Of a DNA stretch of 64,000 nucleotides, positions 1 to 13,119 are shown piece after piece. The stretch spans positions 13,518,001-13,582,000 of the forward strand of contig CM052817.1 in NCBI GenBank assembly GCA_028534125.1, written 5' to 3'. This stretch comes from Lama glama (lineage: Eukaryota). Numbering within the stretch: the first letter of the stretch is position 1; each line of letters opens with the position of its first letter. Under the pieces are notes generated by a model. It was not told where the DNA came from. It searched no databases and worked only from the letters and a program-made list of their open reading frames with translations. A program made the position numbers and the translations under genes.

Positions 1-42
1 AAGAGAGAGTGAGAGAGGAGAGAGAGAGAGAGAGAGAGAGAG
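1..42. repeat. (GA)n microsatellite
   Basis: Near-pure GA run at window start, with two interruptions. Confidence 0.95.
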
Positions 43-1012
43 TTCGGCTCCAACCGAGACTAAAGCTACATGTGTATGAAAGGGAAAAACGACTAGTTGG
101 ATCTGGAACTCTGATGAACCCTGACGCTGTTTACAATGTAACAAGCAGCTGAAAGCTTCAACACAGTTACAGTTTCACCCTCCATTAATGTTTTATCCCA
201 TCTGCCTGGTCACCAAGATGAATGGAAAGGGCTGGAGCTGGGAAGGGAGAACGGGAAGATAACCAGTGGCAAAAATCAACACAACATATTATTTTTGCCA
301 CTGAAATAGCGAATTTTTGTCATGAGCATTTGAGATAACAAATTATTTTCACAAATATTCTGGATTTGCCTTTTGTAAAATATCATAAAACTTTCAAATC
401 ATATTTCTAGGGGAGCCTTGGCAGGCTTTCATTAAATGCAGCTGTGTGCTTGTCAAAGCCAGCACCATTTGGTGCTTCCAGGGAAATGGGGAGCTGGCAT
501 GTTGGCCCTGGGGCATTGCTAGAGATGGCCGATGCACATGAAATGGGTGAAGGAAGTGAACTTAACATTACTGAAGAGTATGCCAAGTGGCTCCCCGTGG
601 CTGGTGCCACCACTGATGCCAACTCAGGAGGATGGAAACTTCCCTTAAGTTAGAGAGGAAAAGTAACGCACAGGCTATAAGTTCTTTTCAAGGATTAGAC
701 ACCCAAACTCTATCATTTCCAAAATATCCAAATGGGAAAACAAATGATCCAGTGAATTTTGTTCAAAGACAATCAAAGCAAAGAGGCAGAATTCTCCTTC
801 AGGTGAATTAAATTGTAAATAGGGAACATTTTTAGTAAGCTTATTGATCTAGTGATACTTGGTTCAGTTTCCAACTCTCCTTTAGAGACTTTCTCTTCCC
901 ATCCCCATAAAAAATGAAAACAATTAAAAGGATATAATAAATGCTTAAAAATTAGAAAAAATGAGGGTATTCACACTTAACGGAAATCAGTTTTGCTTAT
1001 TATGATATAAGG

Positions 1013-1397
1013 CCATGGCTTCATACTTCAGTCTGGATTTAGGATTGCCTTGGATATATGTTAAAAATACACATGCCCCAAAAAATAAATAAAATGAGTA
1101 AATTAACAGAAAAATATGGGGATGGTTATATAGCTCAGTGGTAGCGCGCATGCTTAGCATGCATGAGGTCCTGGTTTCAAACCCCAGTACCTCCATTAAA
1201 AACAAATAAACCTAATTCCTCCTTTAAATAAATAAAATAAGTAAATTAACAACAAAAAAATTATACATACCCAGCCTAGGCCAATCCTAATGCTTCTGAT
1301 TAAGTTGGTCTTGGGTGCAGCCCAGGAATTTCATTTTAAACAAGTTTCCTAGGTGATTCTAATGATGGTGGTACATGGACCATTCTTTGAGAAATGG
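1013..1397. mobile_element. MER5A-like hAT-Charlie DNA transposon, split by a SINE insertion
   Basis: ttaaaaatacacatgccc ... ttctgattaagttggtcttggg ... aacaagtttcctaggtgattctaatg ... ctttgagaa resembles the recalled MER5A consensus on both sides of the SINE. Confidence 0.7.
1118..1260 (+). mobile_element. tRNA-derived SINE (camelid Vic-1 type), full length
   Basis: GGGG head, A box TAGCTCAGTGG, gcatgcttagcatgcatgaggtcctgg, B box-like GTTTCAAACCC, then cagtacctcca and an A-rich tail containing cctaatt. Confidence 0.88.
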
Positions 1398-1417
1398 TAT
1401 CTTATAATATATGCATG

Positions 1418-1418
<1 letters not shown>

Positions 1419-1451
<33 letters not shown>

Positions 1452-1469
1452 ATGTGTGCATGTGTGTGT
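1419..1469. repeat. (TG)n microsatellite
   Basis: Direct reading. Confidence 0.95.
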
Positions 1470-2439
1470 AGAGGAAAGATATACTGGAAGAACTTCAAGT
1501 AAAAAAATTAATTTGGGTTGTTTTGTGAAGGAACTTGGCTGACAGGCTAAGTTTATGTTTTTAAACAAGGAATTAATGCTATCAAATTTGTAGTTTTGAA
1601 AGTATAACTCTTGTAACAGGATGGCTTAGAGACAGTGGAGAGAATTAAGGAAAGCAGTTAACGTTTTGTAACAGATGAGGGTTTGATTCAGAATCCTGCC
1701 CTGGGCATGGTGCAGGTAATACTGATGAGTAAGACGTGGTCCCTTCCTCAAGATGCTTGCAATCTGGTGAATGAAGATCCAGTAAATCATACAGAGGTGG
1801 AGAAGTTAAAGAAGTGGCTGGCCGAGTGCACGGGCTGGGGATAAACAGATACTGAACTTGGCAGAGCTATAGGGACCAAGGGAAGGTTAAGTTCCCAGAT
1901 GAGGACAGACCAAGCGAAAGGTCATTGAATTGGATCACAGTTGGGTGATGCTGTGTCCTTTTCACTGGTCGGACCAGAATCCAGACTCCGCAGACTTGCA
2001 TGAGTGAGTGGTGAGAAAATGAAAACAGATTATTGATTCTGTTTTGGAGACTTTGTTCATGAAAAGAAGGTCAGAGCTAGGAGAGCAGCTTAATGCCGTG
2101 ACAGGGCTAAGGAAACCTTGGTTTTTGTTTTTGTTTTGATTGATTCTTATACAGGATACTGGAATATATTTGAAGGAAAAGGAGAAAGAGAAGTTGAAAG
2201 CTGAAGTGATCATTGATGGGGTAAAGAGAAAGAAAGAAGAAATGGGACCAAGAGAGGTGGGCAGGTGGAGAATCTGGCCTCGGCAAGGAAGAGATCAGAA
2301 AACTGAAGAAGATCAGTGACTGCACAAGGCCCTTTTGAGGTGGGGAGGGAGCAGCAGGAGAAAGAGAAGCAAGGATGAGGGAAAGGAGTTCTGCACTGTA
2401 AGTGCCACCTGGTAGCCATCCTACACCTTCTTCCTTAGT

Positions 2440-2950
2440 TTGTAGGGGCCAAATGTGTAAATTTAGTTCATGTGGGAATGTGCTTATGGACGGTTTGTCC
2501 CACCCCTAAATCCCAGAGGAGGGTCCATGATTGATCTAAACTCAGCATGGCGATCTCATTGCCCTCTGTTCAAGATTGATTTGGGGTAGGGGGGCAAATG
2601 AGCAAGTTTGGGTCAAATATATATCAAGAAGGTCTCTGCTGATGATACTTTTGGAAATCACTTTGCTCTATGATAGATAGGTTTCCTTCCTGGAGCTTGG
2701 TAGTGTGAAGACATGATGCTTGGGATGAGGGAGCCATCTTATCACCATGAGTAGAACCCGAGGACCAAAAGTTAACCACGAGTTAAGTGCTCAGGGTGGA
2801 GGAGGAGAAATCTGAGTCTGATGATAACACCGAGCTACTGTGTTACCTCTGGAGCTCTGTACCTCCAGTTTCCTGCTTGGAGGGATATTTCTATTTTTCA
2901 TTGTTTAAATCACAATCATTTGAGTTTTCTGATACTTTCAGTCAAAAATA
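2440..2950 (+). mobile_element. Old MaLR LTR (MLT1J/K-like)
   Basis: gccatcttatcaccatgag, ctgatgataacaccgagc and the 3' end tttctgatactttcagtcaaaa resemble old MLT1 LTRs. Confidence 0.55.
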
Positions 2951-3334
2951 CACGTAAGCAACTTCAGGAAAATTCATCTCTATCTTTGCATTAAAGTAAA
3001 AGAGGAAGTCATCTGCTAAGAGGGTTGGAGGCACATCTGGGGTTGGATTTGGGAAACGTGAAACATACCTGGAGCTACCGTCCAGGAGACTGGCAGCTAA
3101 TGAAATAAACCAAAGGAAGGAAGCAAAAAAATGCATACCCACAATAAAGGGAAACCGGGTGTAGTCAAAACGGCTTTGCAACATTTCCAGCCTCCCCAGG
3201 AAGGGGCAAAAGAGGAGAAAGTCTGTATTGAGGATGAGTTAAAGGGGTCGATAGGGGAGCAAAGGCAAGGTGGAAACGTCCCATGAAGGAGTCAAAGCAG
3301 TCTGAGTCGGTGCTGGATCACATCATAGAACATG

Positions 3335-3480
3335 TTTAGGCTTCAGTTTCATCATCACTAAAGTGGAAATAAAAACAGCACCTAGCTCTTAGGTTTTTGT
3401 GGGGACAAAGTGAGACAGTATGTGTAACTGATTTCATCTTGTACCTAACATATTTTAAGTACCCAATACTTATGTGCTAG
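3335..3480 (+). mobile_element. MIR fragment
   Basis: cttcagtttcatcatcactaaagtggaaataaaaacagcacct...gtggggacaaagtgaga MIR core. Confidence 0.7.
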
Positions 3481-3989
3481 TAATTAAGCTCTGAGCTCCT
3501 ATGAAAGCCAGGAAAGCACCAAAAGCCCCCCCCCACATCAGAAATAATGTCAAATAATAACTTCTGAGTGCATTACACATAGGTTTTAATCAGCAAGCTG
3601 TATAAAAACTCCACGCACCATGCATGTTAGTAAGTTTCTCCAAAGTTGAATTAAGGAAAAAGCAAAATATTTCTGGCACAAAACGACCTAGGTACCTTAA
3701 CAAGACAAACTCCAAATAAATTGGCTGCTGCATCATCCACTGATTATTTGCCAATAATTTGTTCAGCCTGCACATGCTCTTGATTTAGCTGGGCCAGTGA
3801 GCTGCTGTGGGTGTGTCAGTCATCTTGTCACTGGTCTGGGTGGAAAGCAAACACAGAGGAGAGAGCTCATCAAGGATCCAGCTCTCCATGTAACTGCCGG
3901 GCAGGTCCAGGGAACTGCAGGGCAGGACCAGGGAACTGCAGAACTTCCGCAGCTCGATTTTCTTAATTCTCTTCTCTAAAGCCTCCACC

Positions 3990-4142
3990 ACATGGTGTGT
4001 TTCTGGGACAGGATCCACAGCTTCGCATCACCTGAGAATTTACTAAAAATGCAGACTTTCAGGCCCCACCACGGGAGGATGGAAGAAGACTTGCCTTTTA
4101 ATAAGACCTCCAGGTGGTTTGTATATTGTCTGAGAGGCACTG
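3990..4142. mobile_element. MER5-like DNA transposon fragment
   Basis: gcatcacctgagaatttactaaaaatgcagactttcaggccccac...ttttaataagacctccaggtgg. Confidence 0.65.
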
Positions 4143-7100
4143 ATCTTAAGGACTTGTCTGAAGCCACCTTGTGTGATAGACACAGAATCACTCAGAGGCC
4201 CTTTCACTTCCTTCCATCTCTTCATGATGTGGGATGTGGGTGCCCAAGTGAGGCTCAGCTTCACAAAACCCCTCACTGCTGTGTCCCACTGAAGCAATCC
4301 TCAGTCACCAGTGAGCCTTGTTTTCCACCACTTTGATTAAAGAGCAACAAAGCTCAAGGAAATTGTATGAACTTGGGTGCCAGACAGGCTTGCGTTTATT
4401 CCAGGCTCTGCCTTGTGTTTGTTATTTGACCTGGGACAAATGAACTCAATGCCATGACTGGGCATCCCCCACCCCAGTTCACAGACAGGAGTCTTGGGAG
4501 CCCTATTTCCAGCCATTAACTCCTGATGGCCAGCACTGACTGGGACAGAGGAGGACACTAAGGGGCATTAGGGGAGGGCACCTAGAAGAAGACTGGCCAG
4601 TTAGCTTTGCTCCCTGGAACATCTGGTTTGGGAAATCAGAGACACTAGCTGTGTCTGCAGTGTTTAAGCCAAGAGGAGCTGTAGGAACACCTGGGGACAT
4701 TTTCTCAGCTATGGGCTCAGAGGTGCAGAAAAAGCCAAAACAATATGACTCTAGAAAAATGAACGAGAATTTCTGTATAGTTTCCCAACTTTGGCTCCCC
4801 GTCTCTACTGTAATTCACGTGTACTTTCTGCTTTTGGGTTCCTTGACACACCTTGTATGTATCCAGTAACCAATCTCTCCCTCTCATGATCTCTCCTTCT
4901 CTCTCTTTCTCTCTCTCCCTACACTAGCTTAAACTTTTTAAATCCCCAAAGTACTGGCCAAGTGAGTAAATGGCAGTTGTCATGATTATTATTACCACTA
5001 TTAGATTATTGGCATCATTATTATTACGAGAATAACTCCTACCCCAGCCTATCCTTTCATTCAAATGTAGTAGTTGATAATTAATCTTTGGAACGATAAG
5101 AAAACCAACCATCTGAATACAGGGAAAAATAAAATACTGTCTTCACGTATGTTTACATATTTACGGATGTACTGATGTTCAAAGAATTAACTAAAAAGTA
5201 AGGATGCCGACCATCACCGAGCACGACGGCAGCTGAAGTTCAAGAGCACATTTTATACGTGTACTGGGGAGAGACGAGTTGTCTCAGCCTTCAGGACGAC
5301 CCCGTCTCATAAAGTGCCAGATTATCTCAGATTTCACAGAAGCCCTAACTGAAGTCAGAAACGCAAACACAGTGACCTAGGGGACAAAACTAGCAAGTTA
5401 TAAAATGAAGGAGTCTGGGTCCCACTTGCTGCCATGGTGCTCATACCACAGCTGAGGTCCAAGCCAGCAGAACCTTATCTCAGCTGGCAGCCAACCCCAG
5501 AAACCTATCTGTTACACTAATCTGAATCTCTTCCTGAGATACTGACTTACTGAAAACCTCAAACTGTTTTCATCAAAAGATTGAGCGCTGAATGTATAAA
5601 ATACTCAACGTTGTCTAGTGGAAGATGTTTCATTATCCTCAGTGTGAATGCTAAAAAATAATAACCCACATTTGGATGGCAAGACTCACCAAGCCACTTT
5701 TCAAAACACAGCGTTCTGTTAAGCATCATTTCCTATGTTTCAGCACTGAGACGTGTGACACTTTGAGAGGTGCAACACCTTCCCCGAGGTTTCTAGCTTG
5801 CCCTCTACAATCACACTGTTGTGGCAAATACGGATAGTTCTGCTCAGTGAACGCACTTGGAAATGCTCTTAAAGATCACCGGGTAGAAGGCAGAGACATT
5901 CCCAAGACGCTGTCTGACTGAAATTTCACACGCTCCTAGAAGCATGCTTTCCTAGAAGGTGGGGAGAATGCTTTCAGGAGAAGCTGCCTCTTATTCAGAG
6001 CTGTGACTGGCAAGAAGTGGAGGGCATCAAGGCCACTTCCCAACAAAGCAAGCTCTGTAAAGGAGCAGGTCCAGGGTCAGACGATTCCGGTGCCATGGAA
6101 CAAGAAATCAAATTTCCCACCCCTGGTAGGCGCCTTGCTTCCAAGCACGACTCAGCATCGTTATGACCTTCTGGTATACTGAACTGAGGGGATGTTTCCA
6201 AAGGAGACTAGTCCTCAGATGGAGGACCCTTTAGCTGTCCTCTCATCTGGAGGACTCAGTAACTCAGCCATTTTGCCTTCGAGCAAAGGCAGATTTTTAC
6301 TTTGAAAATAACTGGAGTTTTCGCCACTTGAAAGTTTTAAGTAAAACTGAAAACACTGTGGAGGTTGCATGAACCATTTGGATTCCTCACAAGTTGGCAC
6401 AGAGCTACCGACAGGGACCCTAGAATGACCTGTGCGTCTTCTCCAGACAGGGTCGGCTCCAGCGCTCGGCCAGCCACTCTCCATTTCTTTTGGAAGCTGA
6501 ATTCGTGTTGGCCTGGGGGACTTGAACATTGGGCTGTCTAAGTAATTCTATGCGGAAGCAGAAATTCATGCTCTGACATTCAGGCGGATTTTACGGAGAG
6601 TAGTACTTTACCGGCACTAAAGTAGTTTTAACGAAGAAGGAAACAGTCACTATTTCATTCGTTTCAAATATGAACCGACCCACATCAGGCCAGGAAATCT
6701 TTCTGCTGAGAAAGTGCTGTCACAGAGGCTCAGCCAGTCACTAGAAGAGGAAGGAGGGTTCACAAGAGACGGCAGAGTTTACACGTTGTTGGTCAGAATT
6801 TTAATGGTGGTACATTCCGAGCCTTCACGGAGCCTATGGAACTAGCCTAAGCCTTTTCTGTCTAAAAAGAGTCGTTTACCTCAAGTCAGGTTTCTAGGCG
6901 GATTTCAAATTCTGCCTGTAAGAAAAATTCCTAAACTCTTATTCTGAGTATAAACCCCATGGTATTAAATATCCCCTTTAACTGCCAATTGATGCCTCTT
7001 CGCCGTGAGTCCTACACTGGACAGAAACCCGACTCCATGATCCTACCATGTCTGGTCACGTGTCCTTCCAACGGCTGCAATGTCCCTTCCTGTCTAGGAA

Positions 7101-7229
7101 ACGCTCTGCGATCTTTCAAGTCTTGATTCAGATGTCACATTCCCCAGACCCCCTTTCCACGCTTCTCACCCTGCCTGGCAAGCCTAATCGTTCTCACTTC
7201 CTCCTACCTTAACAGTCTATTATTTTTGG

Positions 7230-7350
7230 ATATTTACCACGTGTCAGGTAACTGGCTAACCCTTATATATCTACTATCTCATTTAATCCTCACAAAGAAT
7301 TTACGATACCTCTGGGCTCTATCATTGTCTCATTTTACAGCTGAGGCAAC
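7230..7350 (-). mobile_element. MIR fragment
   Basis: atctcatttaatcctcac...cattttacagctgaggcaac. Confidence 0.75.
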
Positions 7351-7419
7351 AACGTTACACAGAAACTGACAAAGCTGGCACTCAGACTACACTATGCTGA
7401 TCTATTTCCTTATCACTTT

Positions 7420-8010
7420 AAATTCATTGAGGACTGAAGACTCAAAGATGAGGGGACATAGCACCTGCCCTCCATATGGAAAAGAAATGGACACATAAAC
7501 GGTCTACACAGTGTAACCGTGTCATAAGAGAGGTGCCAGGATGGTCTGGGAGGTTGGGGGAGGACAGAGGAGCCTTCACCAGCATCTGAGACTTGGAGTA
7601 ATCAATGGAGTGCCTGAGTTAAAAGAATCAAATTACAAAGTTGGTAAGAGAACATGTCTCACGCTCTGAGAAGGATGTCTAGTTCTGTAGGACTAGAGCA
7701 TAAAATATGAGGCAGAGAGCCACAGGGAATGAGAGTGGAAATACAGGAAAAGGTCAAATCCTGAAGGACTTTGAATGCCTTGCAAAGGGATTTAAATTCT
7801 ATGTAAATAAAAGACTAGAGAGTCATTGAAGACCTTAAGCAGAATTAGCATCAATAGATTTGTTATTTATAAAAATTACTTTAACAAAAGCATAGTGGAT
7901 GGACTGCTGAAGGCGAGACTAGAAATAAGGAAGTTAATTAAGATATTGCAAAAGTTAAATCCTTAAGGCTGAGCAGGGGGAGCGGCAGTGGAAAGCAAAT
8001 AAAAATTTGA
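7420..8010. mobile_element. L2 LINE remnant
   Basis: Purine-rich L2-like blocks, e.g. gaaggactttgaatgccttgcaaagggatttaaattctatg and gagtcattgaagaccttaagcag. Confidence 0.6.
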
Positions 8011-8027
8011 GAGCACAGAAAACACAG

Positions 8028-8300
8028 ATGGTGGTTAAGAGCGCATATCCTAGGCTGACCGCTTAAGCGTGAATCTAGCTCTGACACTTCTTAACGGTGT
8101 TCTTTGGTAACCCCACAATCTCTGTGCTGGAGTTTCCTCATCTGTAACATTGAGATAATAATGATATGTATTTCACGGTTGTGTTGAGTCTATTAATAAA
8201 AAGACACTTTGTATTTATTATAAGACACATTATTGTTGAACATTATTGTACAACGTTATTGTACAGTTAATGCAAAGTGCTTAAAACAGTGCTGGGCACA
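8028..8300 (+). mobile_element. MIR, near full length, with an internal tandem expansion
   Basis: gtggttaagagc ... agtttcctcatctgtaa ... aaagtgcttaaaacagtgctgggcaca. Confidence 0.8.
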
Positions 8301-9034
8301 AAGAAAAGGTTATGCAAGAGATATTTGAAAACTGAAAAGTATCTATACTTTGTCCTAATCTTCACAGCGGGCAAAATTAGTTACTTTTCTTGTTGTAAAA
8401 CGGCATCCTGAAGCAAATTTAATTTGCTTGAGATGAAATTCAGACTAAGAAAGCACAAAAATTAGCCTGGTGCAGGATTGCAAATTTGCATAGAAAGTGA
8501 AAATGGGATACGATAATAGTTTAATTTTTTGCAGTCCTTTTGAGGTCTTGTCGTGGCATGGTGTGATGACTTTGGAGGTAGAGCATTCCAGAATAAGGAG
8601 CCTTGTCAGGTGTTACTGGCTTTCATAACTGTTATTTTTAGTTTCTTACTACTACCAGTGCAGATAAAAGTGATGTACAACCACAGATCATCCAGTTCTC
8701 AAGAATTACTGACACTTAATTAAATATATCATTAGCTTTCACTTGGTTAGAGCTTGTATTTGAAATAATTGACTTCTGCATTCCATATGCTCTGAGGATT
8801 TTAATTTGTCTTAAAGCAAAATATAAGAACATGAACTAAAGAATATTTTCCTTGTAACTGTGTGTTGGACTCAGACTTTCATTAGTATCTTATCTCATTC
8901 CTCAGGGTAAACTTCAGAAGCAGACAGAATGCCTTGACTCAAGAATTTGAGAAATTTGGTCTCACTGACAGAAAACAGAGTCAGGAAAGCATTCATTTCA
9001 GCAATGAATTGCCTTAGCTGGTTTTCTGTTTTAC

Positions 9035-10130
9035 TTGTAAGATCTCGTGTTGTGATGGAGACTAAATTCTGAGTAGAAGATAGAAGCCTGTAGACTGATT
9101 AGAACATTTCTGACTACTTCATAAGACAGATGATACAGACTTGAGCTATGACATACAGGACCAGACTGAAGAGAAGGGGATAAATTCGAGGAAACAATTG
9201 ACAAAACCTGATGGCTGATTGGATAAGGGTCATTAAGGAAAAGAAAGGGGGAAAGATGATCCCAGACTTCCAGGCTGAGTAATTGCGTGGATAACCATGG
9301 ACCTAAGAAATAGACAATGCAGGAGAAAATGCAGCTTTGGGTTGTTATGAAAAATGGCATATTTAGTTTTGAATATATTGAATTCAGAGGGTCTATGCCA
9401 GAGTTAGGCAGACGTGCCAAGCAGATAATGGGACAGCTTAAGTGAGACATGGGCTGGAGGTATGGATTTGAGATTTACTGGCATAGGTGGTAATGGTTCT
9501 ATGAACATGGAAGTGCTCCTCTTAAGAGAATACAAATTAAAAAGAACAATTGGTCAAGGACAAAACCTCAAGGAAAAGCAGTGTTTAAAAGATGTGTGTA
9601 GGAAAAAGAAATCCTTGAAGATGAAAGAATTCTGGATTAGACAGAAAGAACACAAGAAAAATCAAGAGAGTGGAAAATATTTTCAAGGGGGTGGGGGAGA
9701 CTCTCTCTTCTATCATGTGACATGTCCAATAAGATAAATAATGAAATGCTTCCATTATATTTTTAAAATAGCAAGCTATTTAAAAAGTATTTTATTCAGG
9801 ATAGTTTCAGTGCAATGTTAGGGATAGAAGCCACATCATAGAGTGCTGAGAAACTATTCGCAGGTGATGATGTGAAGACAGGGCGAGTAAATCCACCCCC
9901 CAAAGCATCTGATGAGAAGAGGAAAAGAGTGACAGCGTGGTCGGGCCCACTTTGGAAAACTCTGGACCATGGTGGGAGATACTTTGGGATCAGGAAGACT
10001 ATTTGCCTAAAAGGAAGAAGTTGACAGAGAGCGGGCAGTTTCAGAGTCAAAAGAGAAAGTGATGACTGCAGGAAAATGTCTTGGAATGAATGCTTTAGGG
10101 CCCAGGTATATGAATTAACTTTGAACAGGA
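9035..10130. mobile_element. L2 LINE remnant
   Basis: gatgatcccagacttccaggctgagtaattg, tttagttttgaatatattgaattcagagg, gggctggaggtatggatttgaga; typical L2 body. Confidence 0.7.
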
Positions 10131-10617
10131 AGAAAATTCTTTCCTATCAGAGCCTGGAGGAAAGGAAAAAAGGAAATAAAGGATACTACTGTGCAGCTTT
10201 AGTAGAGGGGTAGAAAACTGAGTTTTAACGCCAGATGGTGTCAGTGTTCTAACTGAAGCAAACAGAATCTAAAGTCAAACAGTGGAGATGTTTAGTCAAG
10301 GGGCTGAAGAGAAGTGGGAAATGTTGGTAGAGGTTGTGGTAGATCTCCATCGATGGCCACCATCAGTTTCTCCTCTCCCTGTGAGCACGTGCTACTCCAC
10401 ACGGCAAGAAGTAGAAATTATTTCCCATTCTCTGGAATTTGGGAAGACCGTATGACTTGTTTTGGTCAACAGGACACAACAGAAATGATGTTACGCCAAT
10501 TATTGATTTAGCTTTTACAAGCACTGGTAGATTCTGTGTCCTCTCTTGGAAGCCAGCTACCATGTAAGAGGTTCAACAGCTCTGAAATTATTATATTGTG
10601 AGAAAACCCAGACTGGC

Positions 10618-11370
10618 TGTATTACTTTGTTAGATCTGGTCTGCAATAATAAAATACCAACTGGGTGATTGAAGCAAGAGAAATTTATTTTCTCACAGTT
10701 CTGGCAGCTAGGGGTCCAGGTTCAAGGTGCTCATGGGGTGGTTTCCTCTGAAGCCATCTCTATCTGATAGCCATCAGCTATCCCTCCTTGACTTGCAGAT
10801 AGCTGCCCTCTTGCTGCCTTTCACATAGCTGTTTTCCTGTGCATGTGCACCCCTGTTGTCTCTTCCTCTTCCTCTTCTTTATAAGGACATTAATTATATT
10901 GGATTATGGCTCCATCCTAATGCCCTCATTTAACCTAATCACCTCTTTAAAGACACTAATGAACTCATCTACAAAACAGAAACAGACATAATAAACAATC
11001 TTATGGTTACCAGGGAAGGCGGGTGGGAAGGGATAAATTTGGGAGCTTGAGATTTGCAACTGTTAATCACTATATATAAAAATAGATAAAAAAAACAAAT
11101 TTCCTCTGTATAGTACAGGGAAATATAGTCAATATCTTGTAGTAACCTTTAATGAAAAAGAATATGAAAACAAATATATGTATGCATATGCATGACTGGG
11201 ACACTATGCTGTACACCTGAAATTGATACATTATAACTAACTGTACTTCAGTTAAAAAAAAGACCTTATATATGAATAGGGTCACATTCTGAGATACTGC
11301 ATGTTGGAACTTCAATGTATAAAGTTTGTGGTATGTGTGGGGGGGGTGTGGTGAACCAATTCAACACATA
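10618..11370 (-). mobile_element. MaLR LTR (MLT1A/B/C-like) inserted in the outer MLT1
   Basis: aaatttattttctcacagttctgg, cctcatttaacctaatcacctctttaaagac, gtcacattctgagatactg. Confidence 0.75.
10955..11258 (+). mobile_element. L1 3' end (young, camelid/cetartiodactyl type), 5'-truncated
   Basis: aatgaactcatctacaaaacagaaacagac ... gctgtacacc ... poly-A; short TSD aaagac at 10949-10954 and 11259-11264, preceded by TT (L1 endonuclease-type site). Confidence 0.85.
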
Positions 11371-13119
11371 GATCTTGGGAGGGAGAGAGATTCTCAACCA
11401 GTCCTTGTTTGTTCCAACCTTCCCTGCTGGAGAATCAATTTGTGAGTCAAGAAGCTATCTTGGATTCTAGACGCTATGTACAAGGAAGAACTTCATACCT
11501 GAGCCCTATCCAGTTTGAAGAATGGTGAGAATCCAAAGTCTGAATCTAGAGCATCGTAATCTTAAACTCTGTGCTTCCTTGTGGTTTTAACCACTAAATT
11601 TTAGGGCAGTTTGTTATGCAGCAATAGCTAACTAAAACAAATACCAAAGCTAACAGGGGTTGACTAAGAAGAAGTCACAGGACTGGTAGACAATGTGATG
11701 ATCTATCTATCAGTCATTAATCAGAACTTTGTAAAATACAAATAGAATCACCCTTTACATAAGGCCATTGCCACATATAGGGTAAAGCTGTGCCAACTCT
11801 GTGACCGATTTCATGCTGCAGGCATGCCCTTCTGTTTGGAATTCACACACAACACCCAGACATCTACATCTCTTGATGGAACTAAATTGGACATGCAAAA
11901 TAATTAAAAAAAAAACCCACCAAGCTTGTGGGACTGCTGTTCATATTACAGTAATAAAATAACCTGCGACCATCACTGGCCTCTGGTATAGTTGAGGCAT
12001 GTAACATACAAGCGGAGCTGACCGAGCATATTTGTTTCTCTCTGGATTTATCTTACACCAATTTGTGAAACAGAGAGAATTGGAAACTACAATTTCCCCC
12101 TGCCCTTATAACATTCTGCGTGTGTCTTGGAAAAATACACGAATCTGAAACTTTAAAATCTACAGAAAGTCCAATGGTGTCAGTTGAAGTAATTCTATGA
12201 GACGATCCACAGTATTGTAGGGATTAATATTAAGTAATGTACAGAGGCCCAATATTCAAGTAAAATCAGGACCTTCTACGTCAAAGGGTAGAAGACTTGG
12301 AACTGTCCAATTTACCCGTTTCTCTGCATCCGAATCGAAGCTCCAGCACATTTCCCAGAGACGAATCACTGGTTCTCTTTTTCTCTCTTTTGTTTGCTAA
12401 GCAATATGTGCTCCCGCTTCCTCTACTTTGTTCTTTATTTTCTTAGGCGCCTTTAATACACACCCACAAACACACCCACCCCTTCGCCTACCTCCCCACA
12501 CAGATAGATTTGTGATGTACGAATGCTGCAAACGAGGAATAAAGAATTGTAATTAGGCACTTGGAGAGAGTTGAGAAATAAGAGAAATGGGTTTTCTTAA
12601 TGACCAGACTTGCTGGGAAGGAGACAATACCCTAAAGAAAATAGATACTAGAACCCTCCCTGACTGTCTCTTGTGTTACTGTCTCTAGGTGGGTTGTGCT
12701 GGTGAGGACGGGGGTAGAGAGAAGGCAAAAATCAAGACGAGATCAGAGTAAGTATTTTTAAAACGTGTGAGAGTTCATCTTCAAAGCATTGTGAAATTTA
12801 CCTTTTCTGAGTTAAAGGTGAGAGCTGTGTCTTCCTGCATTGGGTCAGTGGCACAAATTCCGAGACACAAACTAGGCTCTGTCTTCTTTGCCTTTAGGTC
12901 ACAGAAACAAGAGGAGGGGCCTGGCCCTTGCCGCATGTTTTGCTGTATTTTTATTGTGACTGCTACTGTACTCATTTCTCATTACAACAACAGCGCATCA
13001 CAATTCATTTTTGTTATTGCCATGGCATTGCCTCTGTTCGTCGTCCTTGCGAGTCTCAAGCTTGAACTACTGCAGTAGGTTTCAGGCTGGTCTAACAGCT
13101 TCTGTTTCTCATTCTTCTT

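Larger units (their letters stand above)
10335..11639 (+). mobile_element. MaLR LTR (MLT1F/G-like), outer element of a nested set
   Basis: 5' tgtggtaga...gatggccacca, tgacttgttttggtcaacag; 3' tttgttatgcagcaatagctaactaaaaca. Confidence 0.75.

Noticed and set aside
1118..1196. Possible tRNA gene
   Set aside because: It is followed by a SINE tail, flanked by direct repeats and inserted in MER5A, so it is a tRNA-derived SINE.
6215..6529. 104-aa minus-strand ORF as a hidden exon or retrocopy
   Set aside because: No recognisable homology, no convincing splice-site pair, and no poly-A or TSD.
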